Source: an uncultured Phycisphaerae bacterium (lineage in GTDB: Bacteria > Planctomycetota > Phycisphaerae > Phycisphaerales > SM1A02). Taken from it: DNA of 28,788 nt. The first letter of the stretch is position 1, and every line of letters begins with the position of its first letter. This document shows positions 8,126 through 16,277 of the stretch, piece by piece. Where the stretch lies: positions 1 through 28,788 of the forward strand of contig CAJWFU010000001.1 of assembly GCA_913031315.1 (NCBI GenBank), given 5' to 3'. Below the pieces are notes generated by a model, which did no database searches, was not told the DNA's origin, and was given only the letters and a program-made list of their open reading frames with translations. Position numbers and translations under genes: made by a program.

Positions 8126-10280
8126 GACTGGAACCCCCCGCGCCCTGAATTTCATCGAGCGCGAGATCCGCGGATCGGAATTCGCGTCGTGGCACGCCAG
8201 GCCCTTCGAATTCCAGCGAGAGGGCGCCATCGTCCTCGTTGGTCATCCAATCAAGAGTGATCGGATGCCATCCGGTGGCCAGGGGAATCAAGATCGGGTC
8301 GACGCCTTCAGCCCGGTTGAAGCCGGTGGTCGGGTGTCCGATTCGCAGGCGCCCCGCACCGCGGTCGCTCGCGAGATGAAAGGCGTACACGCCATCCTTT
8401 CGGATTCGGAGGAAGCCCTGGAAGCGAAGCCCGCCACGGCCTCCCGGTTCGCGAGTCGCCAACGGAATTCGGTTGGTGGTGGAAGAACCGATCGGGGACG
8501 AGATCTCGATCTCGTCGAGTCGTTCCCAGGCATCGTCGTAGTGGAGGACTTCGAGCACGCCGGGAAATTCAAAGTCGTGATCGAGGGGAAGTGCGGCGGA
8601 ACGAACGTCCGCCGCGTTGAATCGCTCGAATTCGGCTTCGGCGGTCAGGAGGCTTCGTCGATCTCCCTCGAACGCGGCAGCGCGAAGGGAGACATCTTCA
8701 TCGATCACGATGGGACCTCCCGCATGCCGGGGCGACTCCCGGGTCGGATCGGTTCCATCCAGCGTGAAATGGATGGCGGCACCGTCCCGATCCGCGGCGA
8801 GGTAGGCCTCGGTCCGATTCAGGAAACGATTCGATTCCGCGGCGATCTCCACCGAGGGCGGGCCCGAGTGAACCCCGATGTGCACGAGCGTCGGAGCGGT
8901 GCGGGCATCCTCGATCACCACTCGAACGCGATTGGCCATCACGGTCGGGAACCGGAGGATCCGTCGGTTTCCAACCGTGGTCCCACGGGCCACCGTGGTC
9001 CATCCGTCGACCGTTCGGCATTGAATGCTGAAGGCGGCGATTCTCTGTCCGATGGGAAGATGCTCACGGAGTTCGACGTGATCGATCGGGCTCGGTCGGG
9101 CAAGAGCGATCTCCACGGTTCCGGTGTTCGAACCATCTTCTGCGGCCCAGAAGGTGTGGGGGTCACCGTCCACGGCGTTGCCTGCGGCGAACGGACCATC
9201 ATCACCACCATGAGTCTGCTCACTCGTGGCGGGTCGGCCGGCGGCGAGGTCTTCTCGAAGAATGTCGTCGATCGCGGTCCGGAGTTCGAGAATCGCGGCG
9301 GCATCGTTCTCGTGCACCAGTCCGCGCCGATCGACCGGGAAGTTCAAAAGGAGATTGGCGCCACGGCCGATCGATCCGTACCAGATCTCAAGGAGTTGTT
9401 CGAGGTTCTTGACCTGGTCATCCTGTGACGCGTGGTAGTACCAACCGGGTCGGATGGAGACGTCGGCCTCACCCGGGAGCCAATGGGTTCCATCGGCCTG
9501 ACCTTCATTGAGATCGGAGTTCCGACCCGGGATACCGGGATAGAACTCGTCCCGCTTGAGCAGATTCCAATTGGTCTCCCCCACGATCCCACGCTCGTTC
9601 CCGATCCAACGGACATCCGGTCCGGCATCGCTGAAGATGCAGGCTTCGGGTTGGAGCTCGCGGACCACGTCTCGGAAGAGATCGAAGTCGTAGACCTGTC
9701 TCCTTCCGTCCGGTCCTTCCCCGTTGGCGCCGTCGAACCAGACTTCGAAGATCGGCCCGTAGTTCGACAGGACTTCGCGAAGCTGGGCGACGAAGAATTC
9801 GTTGTAGGCGTCGCCCGAACCGTAGAGGGGATGGTTTCGATCCCAAGGCGAAAGGTAGACCCCGAAATCGAGACCGAAGCGTGCGCAGCTTTCAGAAAGA
9901 TCTCTGAGCACGTCGCCTTCTCCGTCTCTCCACTCGCTGGACGAGACGTCGTGGTCCGTGAGGGCGCTCGGCCAGAGGCAGAACCCGTCATGGTGCTTGG
10001 CGGTGATGATGACACCGGTCATGCCGGCGGACATGAACACCCGGCACCATTGATCGGTGTCGAGCTCCGTCGGGTGGAAGGTCTCCGGTCGTTCATCGCC
10101 ATGTCCCCACTCCAGGTCGGTGAACGTGTTCATGTTGAAGTGCACGAACGCGTACATCCCCCGCTCGTGCCAGGAGATCTGGCGGGCGGTGGGCGTTGGA
10201 AGAAGGGGTGGAGGCGGTGGCACGTCAGGGGCCGGCGGAACGGTCATGAGCAGAGCCGGAAGAATCAGGGACGCGATCAT
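8112..10280 (-). CDS. Alpha-L-fucosidase (GH29) with F5/8-type C (CBM32-like), chitobiase/Fn3-associated and PA14-like C-terminal domains
   Basis: GH29 motifs FVHFNMNTF, TAKHHDGFCLWPS, YLSPWDRN, EVWFDGA, RWIGNERG, DVSIRPGWYYH. Then AGNAVDGDPHTFW (F5/8), IHFTLDGTDPT (CHB/Fn3-associated) and FQGFLRIRKDGVYAFHLASD (PA14-like). N-terminal signal peptide. Confidence 0.93.
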   Translation of the reverse strand: MIASLILPALLMTVPPAPDVPPPPPLLPTPTARQISWHERGMYAFVHFNMNTFTDLEWGHGDERPETFHPTELDTDQWCRVFMSAGMTGVIITAKHHDGFCLWPSALTDHDVSSSEWRDGEGDVLRDLSESCARFGLDFGVYLSPWDRNHPLYGSGDAYNEFFVAQLREVLSNYGPIFEVWFDGANGEGPDGRRQVYDFDLFRDVVRELQPEACIFSDAGPDVRWIGNERGIVGETNWNLLKRDEFYPGIPGRNSDLNEGQADGTHWLPGEADVSIRPGWYYHASQDDQVKNLEQLLEIWYGSIGRGANLLLNFPVDRRGLVHENDAAAILELRTAIDDILREDLAAGRPATSEQTHGGDDGPFAAGNAVDGDPHTFWAAEDGSNTGTVEIALARPSPIDHVELREHLPIGQRIAAFSIQCRTVDGWTTVARGTTVGNRRILRFPTVMANRVRVVIEDARTAPTLVHIGVHSGPPSVEIAAESNRFLNRTEAYLAADRDGAAIHFTLDGTDPTRESPRHAGGPIVIDEDVSLRAAAFEGDRRSLLTAEAEFERFNAADVRSAALPLDHDFEFPGVLEVLHYDDAWERLDEIEISSPIGSSTTNRIPLATREPGGRGGLRFQGFLRIRKDGVYAFHLASDRGAGRLRIGHPTTGFNRAEGVDPILIPLATGWHPITLDWMTNEDDGALSLEFEGPGVPRREFRSADLALDEIQGAGGSSRETP

Positions 10281-10309
10281 GAACGAATCCTACGGCGAAT
10301 TCTCCTTTG

Positions 10310-10345
10310 AATCGAAGAACCCCCGCCGACGTTGGTCGGCAGGGG
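10310..10345 (-). terminator. Possible terminator after the YceI gene
   Basis: CCCCGCCGAC-GTTG-GTCGGCAGGGG hairpin, followed on the minus strand by TTCTTCGATT. Confidence 0.5.
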
Positions 10346-10377
10346 CTCGTCTTGAAGATCTGATCGATGGGCGTGAG

Positions 10378-11097
10378 TCAGGCGTCCTTCGCCTTGACCG
10401 CTTCGATGCCCACGATGATCCGGGTGTTGTCGCCGAGGACGCCCTTTTCGATGCCGTAGGTGTGCTCGAAATCACTTCGCTTGATGTCGAACTCGGCCTC
10501 GAAGCCGGCTCGACGGCCCATCATTTCACCGGTGCCGGTGAAACGGACGACCGCGACGACTGATTTCGTGACGCCGTTCATGGTCAGATCACCGGTCACG
10601 TCCCAGACGGTCTGTCCGAGACGCTCGCATTCGGTGCTCTTGAACGTCATCTTCTCGAACTCCTTCGCATTGAAGAAGTCGGGGCTCTTGAGGTGCTGAT
10701 CGAGCTTCTCGTTGCCACTGTCGACGCTGTCGATATCGATCTCGACGTTGAAGGAGAAGTGGTTCTCCATGCCCGGCGTGAAGGTCACGACGCCGTTGAC
10801 ATCGTTGAACCGACCCCAGAACTGTCCCGCCTGGGCGTGCTGCACTCGAAAGAGGGCGGTGCTGTGAACCGAGTCGATGTCATAGGCACCCTCCGGCATG
10901 TCGGGAAGAGGTTCCACGACGGAGACCGCGCCGGGCGCGATGGTCGACGTGGTCGCCACTGTCGTGGTGTCTTCGCAGAAAGCGCTGCTGAGAGCATCGC
11001 AGGGGCAGAGGTCGAGCCCCTTCATGGCGGCGGCGCCGCCAAGGGCGACGGTTCCGCCAATGACACCGATCTTGATGGGGAGGCAAAAGAAGGCCAT
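10378..11097 (-). CDS. YceI-family (polyisoprenoid-binding, lipocalin-like) protein
   Basis: YDIDSVHSTALFRVQH, GRFNDVNG, SVDSGNEKLDQHLKSPDFFNAKEF, GDLTMNGVTK, IKRSDF; GGAGA Shine-Dalgarno upstream. Confidence 0.93.
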   Translation of the reverse strand: MAFFCLPIKIGVIGGTVALGGAAAMKGLDLCPCDALSSAFCEDTTTVATTSTIAPGAVSVVEPLPDMPEGAYDIDSVHSTALFRVQHAQAGQFWGRFNDVNGVVTFTPGMENHFSFNVEIDIDSVDSGNEKLDQHLKSPDFFNAKEFEKMTFKSTECERLGQTVWDVTGDLTMNGVTKSVVAVVRFTGTGEMMGRRAGFEAEFDIKRSDFEHTYGIEKGVLGDNTRIIVGIEAVKAKDA

Positions 11098-11379
11098 GGA
11101 TGGTCTCCGTAGAAAGGTAGTTGAAGAATGGAGAAGAGTATTCGACCGCCGGGCGGAAAGAAAGATTGCGGCTGATTTTGGGATTCCCCTTCGGAGCTTT
11201 ATGCATGTTGTAACACATAAAAAGACGCTGGAGGTGGGCTATCGACGGATTTCACCCTCTTTTAGGTCATAAGCCCGGTTTTGAGATCGAGCGGTTGGGG
11301 CTGATCATCTGAATGCGTCTGTCTTGAGGGCTCGAGACCGCTAGCATCCGGAGGGCCCTCCAGAACCACTCAAACCGCC

Positions 11380-12549
11380 ATGAACCTTTCCGCCAATCTC
11401 CTGTCCACCGTGTACCTGTTCGTGGCTGCGATTGGAATGATCGTGGCGATTCTGGGGTACCGCGGCGAAAACAGGGGTCGTGCCAGATGGTGCCCCCGCT
11501 GTGACCAGGATCTTTCGGGGACCGAGGCAAGGATCTGCTCGGCCTGTGGTTTCTCTTCGCCGGAGGAAGTCGACTTCCAAAGCCCTCAACGTCGCTGGTG
11601 GATCATCATCACCGGGCTGAGTGTCGTCTCGGTGGCCTCGACCCTGGCGGTCGGATGGGATCCGGGCCGGGCCTCAAGACTGTTCACGCCGGTCTGGACC
11701 CCCATCGAGATCCGGGACCTTCCGATTGGATGGCGGGTGGAACGATCATCTTCGGACGATTTCGAAGGTACGGGCTTTCGAGAGCGAGTTCGCATCCTTC
11801 ATGAGAAGAAGGTGCACTTCGACTGGCAAGGGTGGTCGGCCGATCTTGGTTTTCTGGACTCTCGAACCGCTCGGAGAGTGGGGCTCGGAACCGATCTCGA
11901 TCGAAACGGGGTCCCCGATCTGGTGATTCGCATGACCGAGATCGCGGGTACCAGGTCCTGGGTCCTCTTCTCGCTCGCAGGTCGTGATGGAGTTCCACGA
12001 CTTCAACCGGCGGCGGTTCTGACTGATGGTGGTTTTTCAGATGTGGATGGTGACGGTCATTTCGAATTCGTCGCGGAAGACTCGGCACTCAGGAATCAGT
12101 GGAGCGAGCCCGGAAGGATCTCCGTGCCGTCAATGGTGTTCTCCCCGGCTTCCGGGGGGTGGCGGTTCGATGAGATGCTCTCCAGAGGTCGCCCGCTGCG
12201 TTTCGATCTGACGGAAGATCCTCTCGAGCCATTGACGAAAGCCCGCGCCCAATGGGCGGAAAATAGAAAGCCATTCGTGTCCTCGTTGTTTGGAGCCGCA
12301 TTTCAGCTCGCGTCGAGAGGGCGTTTCGTGGAGGCCGATCGGCTTCTCGGAGCCGCGTGGCCGGGCGACACGAATCCGAACGACGTGGCGGACTTCACGA
12401 CGTTCTTCGAAGCCTCGGGAAACAAGAGAGCCCGGAGCTATGTGGCGAATGCCGAGGCCCGCCGCAGGATCTTCGAGGACATGCTCGCCGCATCGAGATT
12501 TTCAGATGAACTAGCGACGCTTCGTTCCACCTCCCCACTCGAGGATTGA
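11380..12549 (+). CDS. Hypothetical membrane protein: TM - Zn ribbon - TM - extracytoplasmic domain with Ca-binding-like loops
   Basis: CPRC-x12-CSAC between two hydrophobic helices; DLDRNGVPD and DVDGDGHFEF motifs. Confidence 0.75.
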   Translation: MNLSANLLSTVYLFVAAIGMIVAILGYRGENRGRARWCPRCDQDLSGTEARICSACGFSSPEEVDFQSPQRRWWIIITGLSVVSVASTLAVGWDPGRASRLFTPVWTPIEIRDLPIGWRVERSSSDDFEGTGFRERVRILHEKKVHFDWQGWSADLGFLDSRTARRVGLGTDLDRNGVPDLVIRMTEIAGTRSWVLFSLAGRDGVPRLQPAAVLTDGGFSDVDGDGHFEFVAEDSALRNQWSEPGRISVPSMVFSPASGGWRFDEMLSRGRPLRFDLTEDPLEPLTKARAQWAENRKPFVSSLFGAAFQLASRGRFVEADRLLGAAWPGDTNPNDVADFTTFFEASGNKRARSYVANAEARRRIFEDMLAASRFSDELATLRSTSPLED

Positions 12550-12611
12550 GATCGAAAAGTGGTGCCGATCGGTATGCTCGAAGCCCCGTCCATTCGTGAA
12601 GGAAGCCCTGC

Positions 12612-15600
12612 ATGTCGACCTCCCTGTCACTCGTCGTCCTCTCATTCGTCTTCGCGATCGTCGACGAGATGCCGAAGTCCGAAGCCCTCGTCCCCGACGG
12701 ATTCACGGCGAAGGTCGTGGCGACCGATCCCCTGATTCAGGATGCGGTGGCCTTCTCGGTGGATCCTTCCGGCAATCTGCTGATCGCGGAGACCGAACGA
12801 ACCAACCACGGTGCCATGGACAATCGATCCAGCCCCTGGCACCTTGAGGATGATCTGCAATCCCGGACGGTTGAAGATCGCGTCGCCTACATGGAGAAGT
12901 GGGCGCACAAGCAGGCCAACGGCATGAGCTATTACACCGAAGCGCCGGACCGGGTCCGAAGGTCGGTTGATGCCGATGGCGACGGGATCTACGATCGACA
13001 CACCATTTTCGCCGGGCCTTTCAACGAGGTCGCAGACGGAATCGGCGCCGGTGTGATGCCGGTTGGTGACGAGGTCTGGTACACCAACATCCCACATCTC
13101 TGGCGGCTCATCGATGCCGACGGGGACGGGGTGGCGGAGACCAGGGAATCGATCCAGTCCGGATTCGGCGTTCGATTCGCGCTCTACGGACATGACATGC
13201 ACGGCCTCGCAGCCGGCCCCGACGGACGCATCTACTGGTCGATCGGCGATCGTGGGTATCACCTGGTGACCCCGGATGGTCGAACCCTCGCCGATCCGCG
13301 GGGCGGCGCGGTGTTTCGATGTGAACGGGATGGTTCGAACCTTGAAGTCTTCGCCACCGGTCTTCGGAATCCACAGGAACTGGCGTTCAATGCGGTTGGT
13401 GATCTGTTCACCGGAGACAACACTTCGGATGCGGGCGATCGAGCCCGGATCGTCTTCGTCGCGCAAGAAGGCGAGACCGGTTGGACGATGGACTACCAGA
13501 CGCTCGAGGGAGCGAATCTTCGCGGCCCCTGGGAACAGGAACGCATCTGGGAAGTGGTCACGGATGCGAACGCCGAGTATCGACCTGATTGGACTCTCCC
13601 ACCGATCGCGCACGTCGGAGCTGGCCCTTCGGGCCTCACCTACGATCCGGGCCTTGGTCTTCCCGATGCGTACCGCGACCATTTCTTTCTCTGTGACTTC
13701 ACCGGATCCCGGACCAAGAGTCGGATCTGGACGTTTCGGCCGGTCCCGGAGGGCGCTGGATATCGAGTCGAAGACCCCAGGGTCTTCGCGACCGGGATTC
13801 TGAATACCGACGTCGACTTCGATTGGAATGGCCGGATGCTGGTGTCGGAGTGGGGCAAGGGCTGGAGTTCTTCGAAGAAGGGTCGTCTCCATGCCATCGA
13901 ACATCCGGAACGAATGAAGGATCCGCGGATCGCGGAAGCCCGGTCCCTGGCGATCGCCGGGATGGAGAGCCTCGATGATTTCACCCTCGCCGATCTTCTT
14001 TCGCATCCGGCTCGTCGTCTCCGATTGATGGCGCAGTATGAACTCGCCGAACGGGACGCGGTCGCGGTGTTGGCCGGAGTCGCTCGCTACGAGACCGAAC
14101 AGTCCGCCCGCTTGCATGCGATCTGGGGACTTGGGCAGATCGCTCGCAGCGCCGCGGCTCGAAACCGGCGAACGAAAGCGGCGATGACTCCGGTCATGGA
14201 ACTCCTCAATGATGCCGACGCCGAAGTACGGGCTCAGGCAGCCAAGGTCCTTGGCGACCCCGCCTATCCGGCGGCCACCGATTCCCTGATCGAAGCCCTC
14301 GCGGACGATTCACTTCGTGTTCGATATCACGCTGCGATGGCCCTGGGTTCCATCGGTGATGTCGCCGCCGCACCGTATCTGCTTGCGATGTTGGCGGAGA
14401 ATGACGATCGTGATCGTTTCCTCCGGCATGCCGGGGTGGTGGCCCTGGTCGCATTGGCCGATCGGAACACCATCGAGGAGATGATGGCGAGCCCGGCTGC
14501 GGCGCTTCGACGGGCATCGGTACTGGTGCTCCGCCGTCTCGGCGACCCCGGCATCGAACGGCTGCTCTTTGATGTGGATCCTCGAATACGGACCGAGGCG
14601 GCTCGTGCCGTGCATGACGTACCCATTGCTTCGGCGATGCCGGCGCTGGCATCCCTCGCAGATCAATACCGATCCGATGGTGGCTCGACCGACGGCCGCG
14701 ACCTGGAAATTCGTCGCGAGATATTTCGCATCGGTCGGAATGAGGGAGCGGCCGATCTCATGACCCTCTCTTCGTTCGATGGGGATCCGGACGAAGTCGA
14801 GATCATCACGAGTTTTCAAGGCCTGACCGATGGTGGCGAAGAGTACCTGAGTCGATTGACCGGACGAGTCGTGGCGCCTCAGACGGGCACGTACCGTTTC
14901 TCCATCGCCAGCGACGATGCTTCCTTGTTGCGACTTTCGCTCACCGGAGCTCGGAAGGATCTGCAGCCCGTGGCGGAGGTTCGGGGTTGGGTCGGGATGA
15001 ATGAATGGACCGGCCAATCGGGGCAGACCAGCAAGCCGGTTGAACTGATGGAGGGTCAGGAAATCCTGATCGAGGCTCGTCATGCCCAGGGAGGCGGCGG
15101 CAACCACCTTGCGGTCGCCTGGACTCTTCCGGACGGGACGTTTGAAGCCCCCATCGGGGGGTCGTCGGTGAGTCGACTTCCAACCGAGACGCCGCTGCTT
15201 CGCCGAGTGGTGGACGCCAATCTTCGCGGAGGTACGCGGGATGATCTGGAAAGATTGACCGCGTTGGCGATGAATCACACGTTGCCACCGGCAATCGAGG
15301 CGGAAGTCATGCTCGCCATCGCGACCTTCGACGAACCGGGACCTCGTGACCGGGTTCTGGGTTGGTGGCGCCCGGTTGATCAGGCTCCGCGCTCGATGGA
15401 GTCGATGCGCTCGGTACTTGCGCGGACGCTGCCGGTGCTCGCCGATGATTCGAGGCCCCTGGTACGGGCCTCGGCGCGTGCGACCGCAAGCAGGCTTGGT
15501 GTGGCGCTCGACCCGGAGATGCTTCGTGCCACCGTGTTCGATCGCGAAGCGAATGCCGACGACCGGGCGGCCTGTCTCGCTCAACTCGTGCAGATCGGAG

Positions 15601-16277
15601 ACGAACAGGTATCGAAGGCCCTGGAGGTATCGCTCCGTGCCGACGATCCTGAATTGCGGGCTGCGGCTCGAGACTCGCTGGCTTCAATCGATGCTCGAGG
15701 CGCCCTCGCGGAATATGAAAAGGCGATGTCGGAGGGAGTCGACATCGAACGCCAGCGGGCGATCCTGGGCCTCGCCCGAATCAACGATCCCCAGGCCACC
15801 GATCGACTTCGATCCGAGACCGATTCCGCGTTCGCCGATTCCGAAGCACCCCGAGCCTGGATGGTGGAGTTGCTCGAAGCCGGTTCATCAAGTGGGGACG
15901 AAGCACTGGTGGCCTTCGCCGAAGACTGGAAACGCCGGAGTCTCGAGGATCCATCGGTGTGGGACGTGGCACTACTCGGTGGTGATCCGACCGCCGGAGC
16001 CCGAGTGGCGCGATATCACCCTTCCGCCGCCTGTCTTCGGTGTCATGTGATCGGTGGCATGGGCGGCGACGCAGGACCGTCGCTCGAGGGCCTGGGGGCG
16101 CGAACCGACTCGCGGCAGATACTGCAGTCGATCATCGATCCGCAGGCGGTGCTGGTGGAAGGCTATGGCGAGGTCAGTGCGATGCCCAACATGCGGCCAC
16201 TCCTCACGCCCCGTGAGGTTCGGGATCTTGTGGCCTATCTATCGACGCTCACCGAGACCGTGACCGACGGTCATTGA
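12612..16277 (+). CDS. PVC-type heme-binding CxxCH protein: sorbosone-dehydrogenase-like beta-propeller, HEAT repeats, inserted PA14 domain, C-terminal cytochrome c
   Basis: Propeller motifs GHDMHGLAAGPDGRIYWSIGD and FATGLRNPQELAF; HEAT repeats DADAEVRAQAAKVLG; PA14 motif TGTYRFSIASDDAS; CLRCH with GPSL and a distal SAMP Met ligand; N-terminal signal. Confidence 0.92.
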   Translation: MSTSLSLVVLSFVFAIVDEMPKSEALVPDGFTAKVVATDPLIQDAVAFSVDPSGNLLIAETERTNHGAMDNRSSPWHLEDDLQSRTVEDRVAYMEKWAHKQANGMSYYTEAPDRVRRSVDADGDGIYDRHTIFAGPFNEVADGIGAGVMPVGDEVWYTNIPHLWRLIDADGDGVAETRESIQSGFGVRFALYGHDMHGLAAGPDGRIYWSIGDRGYHLVTPDGRTLADPRGGAVFRCERDGSNLEVFATGLRNPQELAFNAVGDLFTGDNTSDAGDRARIVFVAQEGETGWTMDYQTLEGANLRGPWEQERIWEVVTDANAEYRPDWTLPPIAHVGAGPSGLTYDPGLGLPDAYRDHFFLCDFTGSRTKSRIWTFRPVPEGAGYRVEDPRVFATGILNTDVDFDWNGRMLVSEWGKGWSSSKKGRLHAIEHPERMKDPRIAEARSLAIAGMESLDDFTLADLLSHPARRLRLMAQYELAERDAVAVLAGVARYETEQSARLHAIWGLGQIARSAAARNRRTKAAMTPVMELLNDADAEVRAQAAKVLGDPAYPAATDSLIEALADDSLRVRYHAAMALGSIGDVAAAPYLLAMLAENDDRDRFLRHAGVVALVALADRNTIEEMMASPAAALRRASVLVLRRLGDPGIERLLFDVDPRIRTEAARAVHDVPIASAMPALASLADQYRSDGGSTDGRDLEIRREIFRIGRNEGAADLMTLSSFDGDPDEVEIITSFQGLTDGGEEYLSRLTGRVVAPQTGTYRFSIASDDASLLRLSLTGARKDLQPVAEVRGWVGMNEWTGQSGQTSKPVELMEGQEILIEARHAQGGGGNHLAVAWTLPDGTFEAPIGGSSVSRLPTETPLLRRVVDANLRGGTRDDLERLTALAMNHTLPPAIEAEVMLAIATFDEPGPRDRVLGWWRPVDQAPRSMESMRSVLARTLPVLADDSRPLVRASARATASRLGVALDPEMLRATVFDREANADDRAACLAQLVQIGDEQVSKALEVSLRADDPELRAAARDSLASIDARGALAEYEKAMSEGVDIERQRAILGLARINDPQATDRLRSETDSAFADSEAPRAWMVELLEAGSSSGDEALVAFAEDWKRRSLEDPSVWDVALLGGDPTAGARVARYHPSAACLRCHVIGGMGGDAGPSLEGLGARTDSRQILQSIIDPQAVLVEGYGEVSAMPNMRPLLTPREVRDLVAYLSTLTETVTDGH

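Noticed and set aside
7538-8230. Canonical ruvC, or a TnpB/Cas12-type RuvC effector
   Set aside because: Too divergent from RuvC and not linked to ruvAB. Too short for TnpB/Cas12, with no Zn finger, transposon ends or CRISPR array. The 35 codons upstream of 8125 overlap the GH29 gene and are probably not translated.
6378-9428. Long + strand ORFs 6378..7364 and 8016..9428
   Set aside because: Antisense shadows of xylA and GH29, typical of high-GC coding DNA; no recognisable motifs.
12642-15584. Long minus-strand ORFs 12642..14117 and 14310..15584 (likewise 25584..26888)
   Set aside because: Antisense to well-supported genes; composition is not protein-like.
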